Source: Rhodospirillaceae bacterium (GTDB taxonomy: Bacteria > Pseudomonadota > Alphaproteobacteria > GCA-2731375). From it: DNA of 64,000 nt. The DNA lies in contig JABJKS010000084.1 in NCBI GenBank assembly GCA_018660265.1, forward strand, positions 14,036 to 78,035. Direction: 5' to 3'. The translations under genes and the position numbers were made by a program. Numbering within the stretch: the first letter of the stretch is position 1; each line of letters opens with the position of its first letter. Shown in pieces: positions 30,428-38,998 of the stretch. Under the pieces are notes generated by a model, which did no database searches, was not told where the DNA came from, and was given only the letters and a program-made list of their open reading frames with translations.

Positions 30428-31656
30428 TATGCAGCCTCCACTTCATATTGTTTGCGCCGTCCCGGTCTTTCCTGGGCCAAAGCAGCCGCCAGGTCGCCCA
30501 AAGATGCCAGATTATGCACTGTGCGGAAATCGTCCACATGGGGCAACAGCGCCTTGATACCTTTAGATTTGGGCTCAAACCCCGCATAACGCAAGAGGGG
30601 GTTGAGCCAGATCAGACGGCGGCAGGATTTGTGCAGCCGCTCCACCTCGTCGCCGATACCTTCGCCGGCGTCCCGGTCCAGCCCGTCCGAGATCATCAAC
30701 ACCACTGCCCCCTGGCCCAGCACCCGGCGGGACCAATTGGCATTAAAATCATGCAGGCAATGGCCAATACGCGTACCGCCCGACCAATCCTCCACGCCCT
30801 CAGCCACTTTTTCCAAAGCCACATCCACATCCCGATGGCGCAGATGCCGGGTGATATTGGTGAGCCGGGTGCCAAAAACAAAGGTGTGCACCCGGTCCCG
30901 ATCGTTGGTAATGGCATGCATAAAATGCAGGAACATGCGGCTATAGCGGCTCATGGAACCGGAAATATCACACAGCACCACAAGGGGAGGATGGCGAAGT
31001 TTGGGGGACCGATGACGCAGGGGCACGCCGCCACCACTGCGTAACGAGGCCCGCAGGCTGGCCCGCATATCCACCCTTCGACCATGGGGATCGGGCGACA
31101 GACGCCGGGTCGGCACCGCCATGATGGGCAGGCGCATGCGCGCGATGATCGCCTTGGCCTGGGCGACTTCGTCAGCACTCATAGATTCGAAATCCATGCC
31201 TTGCAGGACTTCACGGGCGGAATAGGTCAGGGCGGCGTCAAACTCAATCTCTTCCTCCGCCGCCTCCTGCATCTCCTCGGACCCTTCGCCCTTGGCCAGG
31301 GCCTCGGCCACCCGTCGGGAGATTTCGTCATTCCGGCTTTCGTCCATCTCCACCTGAACCTGGGGCATAAGCATATGCAGCATGCGTTCGAGAATACGCG
31401 GGTTGCGCCAGAATATATGGAAGGCCTGATCAAATATTTCCCGGTGGTCCTGGCGGTTGACGAAGACCGCAAACAGCGTCCAATAAAAATCTTCCCGGTT
31501 GCCGACGCCGGCCGTAATTACGGCGCGAACCCCGTCCAACACCTTGCCCGGCCCCACGGGTAGTCCCGCCGCGCGCAGGACCCGGGCGAAATGCATGATA
31601 TTCTCCGCCAGGCGGTTGCTGTCGTCAGGTGGGACATATTCGGCGACACTTTCCAT
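30427..31656 (-). CDS. coxE: VWA domain-containing CoxE-like protein
   Basis: 409 aa. C-terminal vWA/MIDAS region (VVLCDISGSM) and the N-terminal CoxE-specific region. It is paired with the MoxR ATPase upstream. Confidence 0.8.
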   Translation of the reverse strand: MESVAEYVPPDDSNRLAENIMHFARVLRAAGLPVGPGKVLDGVRAVITAGVGNREDFYWTLFAVFVNRQDHREIFDQAFHIFWRNPRILERMLHMLMPQVQVEMDESRNDEISRRVAEALAKGEGSEEMQEAAEEEIEFDAALTYSAREVLQGMDFESMSADEVAQAKAIIARMRLPIMAVPTRRLSPDPHGRRVDMRASLRASLRSGGGVPLRHRSPKLRHPPLVVLCDISGSMSRYSRMFLHFMHAITNDRDRVHTFVFGTRLTNITRHLRHRDVDVALEKVAEGVEDWSGGTRIGHCLHDFNANWSRRVLGQGAVVLMISDGLDRDAGEGIGDEVERLHKSCRRLIWLNPLLRYAGFEPKSKGIKALLPHVDDFRTVHNLASLGDLAAALAQERPGRRKQYEVEAA

Positions 31657-31663
31657 GTTCAGC

Positions 31664-32596
31664 CTAATTCCCCGCCGCCGTCATCTCCCGCTTCACCTCT
31701 TCCAGGATGTGGGCCGCCTCACTGCCCTGAATTTTGTGGATATCATCCTGATACTTCAGTATTGCGCCAAGGGTGTTATCCACCACTTCGGGCTCCAGCA
31801 CGATTTTGTTCAGTTCCGTCAGGGCGGTGGCCCAATCGATTGTTTCCGCGATGCCAGGCAGCTTGAACAAATCATGCTCCCGCAGGCGCTGGATGAAACC
31901 GACGACCTGGCGGCTGAGGGTTTCCTCACATTGCGGCACCTTGGTGCGCAGGATCGCCAGTTCCCGTTCCGCATCCGGATAATCAACCCAGTAATAGAGG
32001 CAGCGGCGCTTTAGGGCGTCGTGAATTTCCCGCGTCCGGTTCGAGGTAACGATGACGATGGGCGGTTGGGCTGCGGCAATAGTGCCAATTTCCGGAATGG
32101 TGATCTGAAAGTCCGACAGCACTTCCAGCAAATAAGCCTCGAACGCCTCGTCTGTTCGATCCAGCTCATCAATCAATAGAACCGGTGCGGCACCATCCGC
32201 ACTCGCTTCCAAGGCTTGCAACAGGGGTCGCTTGATCAGGAATTCATCACGGAAAATATCTTTCCCCAAACGGTCCCGGTCGACCGCGCCGCCGGCCTCG
32301 GCCAAGCGGATCTCGATCATCTGGCGGGCATAATTCCATTCGTAAACGGCAGAGGCCACATCCAGGCCTTCATAACATTGCAGGCGCACCAGGGGCCGGT
32401 TCAGGGTAGCTGACAAAACCTTGGCGATCTCGGTCTTGCCAACGCCGGCTTCCCCCTCCAGGAAAAGCGGACGGCCCATTTTCAGGGCCAAAAACAGCGT
32501 CGTCGCCAGACTGCGGTCGGCGATGTAGTCGCCCGCCGTCAGCAGATCCAAGGTGGCATCGATATCGTTCGGTATGGCTGTATTCATAAAAGGCAA
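31664..32596 (-). CDS. coxD: MoxR-family AAA+ ATPase (CoxD-like)
   Basis: Walker A (LEGEAGVGKT) and Walker B (LLIDELDR) motifs, with MoxR/CoxD-type flanking sequence. Confidence 0.85.
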   Translation of the reverse strand: MPFMNTAIPNDIDATLDLLTAGDYIADRSLATTLFLALKMGRPLFLEGEAGVGKTEIAKVLSATLNRPLVRLQCYEGLDVASAVYEWNYARQMIEIRLAEAGGAVDRDRLGKDIFRDEFLIKRPLLQALEASADGAAPVLLIDELDRTDEAFEAYLLEVLSDFQITIPEIGTIAAAQPPIVIVTSNRTREIHDALKRRCLYYWVDYPDAERELAILRTKVPQCEETLSRQVVGFIQRLREHDLFKLPGIAETIDWATALTELNKIVLEPEVVDNTLGAILKYQDDIHKIQGSEAAHILEEVKREMTAAGN

Positions 32597-32712
32597 CTTA
32601 TGTCAGTTTTAGGGCAATTTTCAATCTTTTGGATTCATCGTAGTAATTAAAGAGATGGGTTCAATTGCCCTATTCTCAAGAGTCGGCGCATTTCCTACAC
32701 GGAAATGCTCCG

Positions 32713-32744
32713 GCGCAAAGAAAAGGCGGCGCAAAGAAAAGGCG
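32713..32744. repeat. Perfect 16-nt tandem duplication (gcgcaaagaaaaggcg x2) abutting the coxM terminator
   Basis: Seen directly in the sequence. Confidence 0.8.
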
Positions 32745-32775
32745 GGGCAGCATCAGCCACCCCGCCCCTTCGTTT
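32741..32775 (-). terminator. Rho-independent terminator downstream of coxM (minus strand)
   Basis: On the minus strand: ggggcgg...ccgcccc stem (7-9 bp, 12-nt loop) followed by ttttcttt. Confidence 0.6.
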
Positions 32776-32790
32776 CGTATAGTATCCAGC

Positions 32791-33573
32791 CTAGCCAGCA
32801 GCTTCCACTGCGCGCTTGGCCATGACGATAACCAGATTGGCGCGGTATTCCGCACTACCGTGGATATCGCTGTTCAGATGGTCGGCAGGAATTGTGATCC
32901 CGTCCAAGGCGCTGGCTGACCAATTGGCGGACAAGGCTGCTTCCAGCTTTGGTCCCCGATGGGCACAATCCGTTGCACCTGTGACGGCAACACGCACGCC
33001 GTCGGCGGCCTGGGCTACAAAGACACCAACCATGGCAAACCGGGAAGCCGGGTTGGGGAACTTGGCATAGGCTGCTTTCGTTGCGTTGGGGAAGGTGACG
33101 CTTTTGATGATTTCCCCATCGTTCAATGCGGTTTCGAACAGACCGGTGAAGAAATCATCGGCTGCAATGTCCCGCTGGTTGGTGGTGATTGTGGCACCGA
33201 GGCCCAGCAACGCTGCCGGATAGTCGGCTGCCGGGTCGTTATTGGCGATGGAACCGCCCAAAGTACCCCGGTTGCGCACCTGGGCATCACCGATGCCTTC
33301 GGCCACCGACCGCAAGGCGGCGGGAACATCGCCGGAACCAGCCACAGCCGCATGCGTCGTGGTGGCACCAATGGTGACGCCGTCGCCATTTTTGGTGATG
33401 CCCGATAGGCCCGCACCCGCTAATGAGATTACGTCGGACGGGTTCGCCAGACGTTGTTTCAGAACCGGGATCAAGGTCTGACCACCGGCCATGACCGAGC
33501 CATCATCAGACGCCGCAAGTTTGGCGGCGGCATCATGCGCACTGGATGCAGAATGGAAGTTGAAGTCGTACAT
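32791..33573 (-). CDS. coxM: Mo-hydroxylase medium subunit (FAD-binding, CoxM/XdhB-like)
   Basis: FAD-binding PCMH domain motifs (AGGQTLIP, GTLGGSIA) and CO dehydrogenase flavoprotein C-terminal domain. Confidence 0.85.
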   Translation of the reverse strand: MYDFNFHSASSAHDAAAKLAASDDGSVMAGGQTLIPVLKQRLANPSDVISLAGAGLSGITKNGDGVTIGATTTHAAVAGSGDVPAALRSVAEGIGDAQVRNRGTLGGSIANNDPAADYPAALLGLGATITTNQRDIAADDFFTGLFETALNDGEIIKSVTFPNATKAAYAKFPNPASRFAMVGVFVAQAADGVRVAVTGATDCAHRGPKLEAALSANWSASALDGITIPADHLNSDIHGSAEYRANLVIVMAKRAVEAAG

Positions 33574-33592
33574 TTATTTATCCTCCCCTGGC

Positions 33593-35947
33593 CTAACCAG
33601 CCGCCTGCGCGGCACGCCACAACTTTTCAGGTGTAGCAGGCATATCCAGATGTTTGATATCCAAGGCATTGACGATGGCGTTGATCACCGCAGGTGGTGC
33701 CGCGATGGCCCCCGCCTCGCCGCAACCTTTGACGCCCAATGGATTGTGCAAAGGCACCGTGGGGCAATAATCCACGTTGAATGACGGCAGATTGTCGGCC
33801 CGGGGCATGCAGTAATCCATGAAGGAGCCTGAGACCAACTGACCACTGTCTTCATCATAGACACAGCCTTCCAACAAAGCCTGGCCGATACCGTGGGCCA
33901 GGCCGCCATGGACCTGCCCCTCAACGATCATCGGGTTGACCAGAACACCGAAGTCATCGATTGCCGTATAATTAACAATCTCCAACGTGCCGGTATCGGG
34001 ATCAATCTCCACCTCGCAGACATGCGCGCCCGCGGGGAAGGAGAAGTTGAGCGGATCAAAGAAGGCGATCTCGTCCAAACCAGGCTCCACCCCTTCAGGG
34101 TAGTTGTGGGGGACATAGGCCGTGAACGCCACCTCGGCGATGTTCATCGTCTTATCGGTACCGGCAACCGTGAAGTTGCCTTCGCCGAATTCGATGTCAT
34201 CCTCGGACGCTTCCAAAGTGTGGGCCGCGATCTTTTTGCCCTTGGCGATGATCTTGTCGCAGGCATTGACAATGGCCACCCCACCAACCGGCAATGACCG
34301 GGAACCATAAGTCCCCATGCCGAACTGGCCTTTGTCGGTGTCACCGTGGACAACCTCAACCTGTTCCACAGGTACGCCCAAACGATCCGTCACCAACTGG
34401 GCAAAGGCTGTTTCATGCCCCTGACCGTGGGAGTGCGTGCCCGTAAAGACGGTGACACCGCCTGTTGGGTTAAATCGGACCTGGGCTGATTCCCACAGAC
34501 CAACGCCAACACCTAACGAGCCGACAGCCGCCGATGGGGCAACACCGCAAGCTTCGATATAGGATGACAGCCCGATACCGCGCAGTTTTCCACGACCCTT
34601 GGCCTCTGCCTGACGGGCAGAGAAACCATCGTAATCAGACATGCCCAGCGCCTTGTCGAGGCTGGCATGATAGTCACCGGAGTCATAACACTGCACAACC
34701 GGCGTCTGGTACGGCATCTGATCGGCCTTGATGAAGTTGCGCCGACGGATCTCCGCCGGGTCCAAACCCATCTCACGGGCAGAGACATCAACAAGGCGTT
34801 CCAGCAGATATGTTGCCTCCGGCCGTCCGGCACCGCGGGCGGCATCCACCGGCGCTGTGTTGGTCATGACACAACGCATTTCCAGGTAAATCGCCGGCGT
34901 GGTGTATTGTCCCGCCAGCAGGAAACCATGGAACAAGGTGGGAATGGAGACAGAGAAGAGTTGCAGATAGGCCCCCATGTTGCCTTTCGAATTGACCCGC
35001 ATCCCCAGAAACTTGCCATCGGCATCCAGGGCCATTTCAGCCGTGGAAACATGGTCACGACCGTGGGCATCAGACATGAAGCCTTCGGAACGATCAGACG
35101 TCCATTTGACCGGACGGTTGATCTTTTTCGCGGCCCAGGCGCAAATCGCCTCTTCATTGTAGGTGAAAATTTTCGAGCCGAAACCGCCACCGACATCAGG
35201 CGCCACTACGCGGAATTTATGCTCCGGCGCGATGTTCATGAAGGCGGACATCACCAGGCGATGCACATGCGGGTTCTGCGAGGTCACATACAAAGTGATC
35301 TCGTCCGTACCGGAATTATACTCACCCACCGCAGCCCGTGGCTCCATAGCATTGGTGACCATGCGGTTGTTGATCAGTTCAACCTTCGCCGTCTTGTGGG
35401 CAGCAGCAAAGGCGGCGTCAACAGCGGCCTTGTCACCTAATTCCCAATCGAGTGCGACGTTGTTGGGGCATTCTTCATGCAACTGCGGTGCGCCATCGGC
35501 ATCCGAGTTTGCCGTCGATACCGTCGAAGGCAGTTCCGTGTAGTCAATCTCGACCAATTCGGCAGCATCCTTGGCCTGAGCCAGGGTTTCCGCAATAACC
35601 GCAATGATCGGGTCACCGACGAAGCGCGCCTTGTCGATGGTTAAAACATTGCGGGGCGGGGTCTTGTTAACCTCACCGCCTTTGCCGGTGACGGAGGCAC
35701 CACAAACCAAGCCACCGACCGCATCGTCGATCAGATCCTGACCGCCGTACACCGCGACCACACCGGGTGCGGCCTTTGCAGCGGAGATATCCACGGAGTT
35801 GATCGTCGCGTGGGCATGGGGCGAACGCACGATGTACACGTGGGTCTGTCCTGGACGATTGATATCGTCCGTGTAATTGCCCTTGCCGGTCAGAAACCGG
35901 TTATCTTCCTTGCGCTTTAGACTAGCGCCAATACCATTCTCAACCAT
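33593..35947 (-). CDS. Mo-hydroxylase large (molybdopterin) subunit, form-II CoxL-like / xanthine dehydrogenase family
   Basis: ~784 aa with Ald_Xan_dh_C/C2 domains. The active-site loop reads AARGAGR, closest to form II AYRGAGR and distinct from form I AYRCSFR. The start is assigned to MVENGIG, 2 nt after the coxS stop. Confidence 0.85.
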   Translation of the reverse strand: MVENGIGASLKRKEDNRFLTGKGNYTDDINRPGQTHVYIVRSPHAHATINSVDISAAKAAPGVVAVYGGQDLIDDAVGGLVCGASVTGKGGEVNKTPPRNVLTIDKARFVGDPIIAVIAETLAQAKDAAELVEIDYTELPSTVSTANSDADGAPQLHEECPNNVALDWELGDKAAVDAAFAAAHKTAKVELINNRMVTNAMEPRAAVGEYNSGTDEITLYVTSQNPHVHRLVMSAFMNIAPEHKFRVVAPDVGGGFGSKIFTYNEEAICAWAAKKINRPVKWTSDRSEGFMSDAHGRDHVSTAEMALDADGKFLGMRVNSKGNMGAYLQLFSVSIPTLFHGFLLAGQYTTPAIYLEMRCVMTNTAPVDAARGAGRPEATYLLERLVDVSAREMGLDPAEIRRRNFIKADQMPYQTPVVQCYDSGDYHASLDKALGMSDYDGFSARQAEAKGRGKLRGIGLSSYIEACGVAPSAAVGSLGVGVGLWESAQVRFNPTGGVTVFTGTHSHGQGHETAFAQLVTDRLGVPVEQVEVVHGDTDKGQFGMGTYGSRSLPVGGVAIVNACDKIIAKGKKIAAHTLEASEDDIEFGEGNFTVAGTDKTMNIAEVAFTAYVPHNYPEGVEPGLDEIAFFDPLNFSFPAGAHVCEVEIDPDTGTLEIVNYTAIDDFGVLVNPMIVEGQVHGGLAHGIGQALLEGCVYDEDSGQLVSGSFMDYCMPRADNLPSFNVDYCPTVPLHNPLGVKGCGEAGAIAAPPAVINAIVNALDIKHLDMPATPEKLWRAAQAAG

Positions 35948-35948
35948 A

Positions 35949-36410
35949 TCAGCCCCCCTTGGCGGCTTGTTGCACCGCCTTGACGATATTGTGATAGCCG
36001 GTGCAACGGCAAATGTTGCCTTCCAGCTGTTCGCGGATGGTCGCTTCATCCGGATTGGGATTTTTCGCCACCAGATCAATGGCGCTCATCACCATGCCAG
36101 GTGTGCAGAAACCACATTGCAGTCCATGGTTATCCTGGAAAGCCTTCTGCATGGGATGCATTTCGCCGCCCTTGGCCAAGCCTTCGATGGTGGTAACGTC
36201 CGCGCCTTCGGCTTCGAGAGCCAGCATGGTGCAGGATTTCATGGAATCCCCATCTACGTGAACCACACAGGCACCGCACTGGCTGGTATCACAGCCCACA
36301 TGAGTTCCCGTCAGATTTAGATTTTCCCGAAGAAATTGAACTAGAAGTGTGCGGCCTTCAACCTCGCCGCTCACAGCTTGACCATTCACGGTCATTGACA
36401 CCGTTGCCAT
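35949..36410 (-). CDS. coxS: Mo-hydroxylase small subunit, (2Fe-2S)-binding (CoxS-like)
   Basis: Plant-ferredoxin-type cluster motif [11 protein letters not shown] and second cluster motif CGFCTPG...CRCTGY. Confidence 0.9.
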   Translation of the reverse strand: MATVSMTVNGQAVSGEVEGRTLLVQFLRENLNLTGTHVGCDTSQCGACVVHVDGDSMKSCTMLALEAEGADVTTIEGLAKGGEMHPMQKAFQDNHGLQCGFCTPGMVMSAIDLVAKNPNPDEATIREQLEGNICRCTGYHNIVKAVQQAAKGG

Positions 36411-36427
36411 GTAGAACCTCCCTGCAG

Positions 36428-36466
36428 TTCGTTGCTGTCGTTCATTGCTGTCGATCGTTGCCGACT
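36428..36466. repeat. Three imperfect tandem 13-mers immediately upstream of the coxS start
   Basis: Tandem 13-mers ttcgttgctgtcg / ttcattgctgtcg / atcgttgccgact lie 18-56 nt upstream of the coxS ATG (minus-strand gene). Confidence 0.6.
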
Positions 36467-36615
36467 ATGTCATGGGTAAAGCCCCAATCCCCGATCACTG
36501 GAACGGATGGATTGGCCCTCCCCTATACTTGAAGTGTTTCGCCTTGCGGCCCTAACGTCAAGCCCAGATTATCGCTGCCTGCCTTCAGAACAGCAAAAGT
36601 CGCTATTTTGTGACC

Positions 36616-37353
36616 TCAATCGCCTCCCAGGACGGAAATAATAGCGATCAAAATTAGGATCAGACCAGTTATCCAGACCCAGCGAGGCAAACCACCGCCA
36701 GCCGCATCTTCCCCGGCCATTGGATCGGCGGATGATTTGGTCGCGCGGGAGGATACGTCATCACTCCGGACATGCAGCATTTCAGGCGCGGCCTCACCAC
36801 TGGAGGCGGCGGCATCAACCACCGCAGGCGGAACATCCGTCGCTGCACCCGGTCGGCCGACATCTTCTGACGCCGCGGTTTCAACCGCCGCGCCCGCAGA
36901 AACATTGGGCGCGGATGCGGCGGCGATTTCAGCAAAGGTCGTGAAAAACTCTCCGGCCAGTTTTTTTGCCGTGCCATCGATCAGGCGGGAGCCTATTTGC
37001 GCCAGCTTACCGCCGACGTTGGCGTTAACCTCATAGCGAAGCAAGGTGCCATCGCCGTCTTCAACCAAGGTGACCTTAGCCCCCCCTTTAGCGAAACCGG
37101 CGGGTCCACCCTTGCCCTCACCCTGAATGGTATAACCATTGGGCGGATCCATATCGGACAATGTGACCTGGCCCTGAAACTTCGCCTTCACCGGTCCCAC
37201 TTTGGCCGTGACCGTGGCAGTAAAGCTGTCATCTCCGACAGCGTTCAGATCACTACAGCCGGGAATAGAGGCCTTTAGGACCTCCGGATCGTTCAAAGCC
37301 GCCCACACCTGTTCCCGGGATGCGGCGATATGGTATTCACCTGTTAAATCCAT
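36616..37353 (-). CDS. coxG: CoxG-like SRPBCC protein with a C-terminal membrane anchor
   Basis: N-terminal MDLTGEYHIAASREQVWAALNDPEVL is a typical CoxG start. A Gly/Ala-rich linker is followed by the C-terminal TM helix WVWITGLILILIAIISVLGG. Confidence 0.8.
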   Translation of the reverse strand: MDLTGEYHIAASREQVWAALNDPEVLKASIPGCSDLNAVGDDSFTATVTAKVGPVKAKFQGQVTLSDMDPPNGYTIQGEGKGGPAGFAKGGAKVTLVEDGDGTLLRYEVNANVGGKLAQIGSRLIDGTAKKLAGEFFTTFAEIAAASAPNVSAGAAVETAASEDVGRPGAATDVPPAVVDAAASSGEAAPEMLHVRSDDVSSRATKSSADPMAGEDAAGGGLPRWVWITGLILILIAIISVLGGD

Positions 37354-37460
37354 GATGCCCTGCCCTCTTATTTTGGCTGTCTTTTCATTGTTCGTACAAT
37401 ATAGCACCATTTGCGGCAATATCAGTGGCCACGGATTAGGAATTTTAGGGACAGATAATT

Positions 37461-38360
37461 ATGAGTGCGCGTCAATTACTCCTTGTCCTGATAATGCTGG
37501 CAGCCGTTCTGGCGGCGGGCACCGCCCGCGCACAGGAGCAAGTGCGCTTCCCAACCGCCGCCAGCCCACCTACAGCACTGCAAAAACGTATGGCGGCCAT
37601 GCGTGGGGAAGATGCGAAAGGAACGCCGGGCCTTATGTTGCAAGGCCATTTGCGCCGCCCCAGGCGAGGTAATGGGGGCGATGGGCCATTTGCGGCCCTG
37701 GTGTTGCTGTACAGCTGTCAGGGCATAACGGGCACGGTTGAGGATTGGGCCGATCAACTGGCGGCTTGGGGTTATCTGACATTATTGGTCGACAGCTATG
37801 GTCCACGCCGGCACGCCCCGAACTGCAACAGCTATGAAGCAATAGAGTCTGTGGATCAGACCTTTGATGCGATCGGGGCCTTGAAATATCTGCGTCAACG
37901 CAAGGATGTGGATAGCGGACAGATCGGCCTGATCGGCTGGTCAATCGGGGGCAGCAAGGTACTGTCCGCTTTGAACCAGATCGGCGTGCAGAACCTTTAC
38001 CCGGATAAATTCGCCTATGGCATCGCCTTCTATCCTAATTGCCTGACCGCATCGGGACCATTTATTGGCCCTTTGCTGATGCTGATCGGGGGCCAGGACG
38101 ATTGGACAACTGCCGCGCGGTGCGTGAGTTTACGCGATGCCAATGCCGGGTCGGTGCACCCCATGGATCTACAGATCTTTCCAGACTCCTTTCACTTCTT
38201 CGATGATCCGGACATGGGCCCGGTGCGCTACCGCGCAGAGGCCGAAAACCGCGAAAAGAACCCCACCCGCGGCGTTACCTGGGGCTATAACCCCGCAGCC
38301 CGAAACGCCGCCCAGGATACAATTCGACAGTTCCTGGAGCGGCGCTTGCGGGAAAACTAG
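37461..38360 (+). CDS. Dienelactone hydrolase family protein with an N-terminal signal peptide
   Basis: Signal peptide (LLLVLIMLAAVLAAGTARA). Alpha/beta-hydrolase nucleophile elbow GWSIGG and a DLH-like C-terminus. Confidence 0.7.
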   Translation: MSARQLLLVLIMLAAVLAAGTARAQEQVRFPTAASPPTALQKRMAAMRGEDAKGTPGLMLQGHLRRPRRGNGGDGPFAALVLLYSCQGITGTVEDWADQLAAWGYLTLLVDSYGPRRHAPNCNSYEAIESVDQTFDAIGALKYLRQRKDVDSGQIGLIGWSIGGSKVLSALNQIGVQNLYPDKFAYGIAFYPNCLTASGPFIGPLLMLIGGQDDWTTAARCVSLRDANAGSVHPMDLQIFPDSFHFFDDPDMGPVRYRAEAENREKNPTRGVTWGYNPAARNAAQDTIRQFLERRLREN

Positions 38361-38362
38361 GT

Positions 38363-38818
38363 CTAGCCGTGTCGGTGATGCCGGCCATTCCATCGTCGAT
38401 CATGACGGTCGTAGCGATCATAGCGATGGTCCTGACGGGAGCCCCAACGGGTGCCCCGACGGAAGTCATGACGGGCGTTGTGGCGGGCGCGGCGCGCTTG
38501 TGCCTTGCGCCATTGACGATAATTTCGATAGTCGGCCCGGTGCCGTTTTGGGGCGAAATAATGGGGCCGCTTGTGTTTCCGGAATTGTTTGGCTGCTCTA
38601 TCGCCAAAGCTTAATCGAAAGCTGTCGTCCTGAAACTTGAGGGTGATTTTTGGTTCGTGATGACGACTGCCATTTCGATCCTGTTGCGCGTAACGCTCCA
38701 CCCGATCGCGATTGTGCTCTCTATTACCACGGTCCTGGGCGTAACCCGGTGCGGCGGCAGCAACGGTGATGCCAACTGTGATGGCCGTGGCCAGGGCGGC
38801 TAAAAATTGCTTTCTCAT
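38363..38818 (-). CDS. Secreted, extremely basic His/Arg-rich hypothetical protein
   Basis: Signal peptide ending AAAPGYAQ. The mature part is dominated by R, H, D, Y and K (RYDRYDRHDRRWNGRHHRHG at the C-terminus). No recognisable domain. Confidence 0.45.
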   Translation of the reverse strand: MRKQFLAALATAITVGITVAAAAPGYAQDRGNREHNRDRVERYAQQDRNGSRHHEPKITLKFQDDSFRLSFGDRAAKQFRKHKRPHYFAPKRHRADYRNYRQWRKAQARRARHNARHDFRRGTRWGSRQDHRYDRYDRHDRRWNGRHHRHG

Positions 38819-38998
38819 GATGCATTCCTTTCGGTTAATCCGTAATTGATGCAGCCATATTGCCCGATGGCGCCTGAACCAAAGCTGAGAGGGGCATTCA
38901 TTTAAGGTTCATGTTGATATCGATCCGTTGTCGTAATGTTAACCATTAAAAACTACTGATATCCCAGTGTTTTACCGGATTTGAGGGACCAGTACGCC

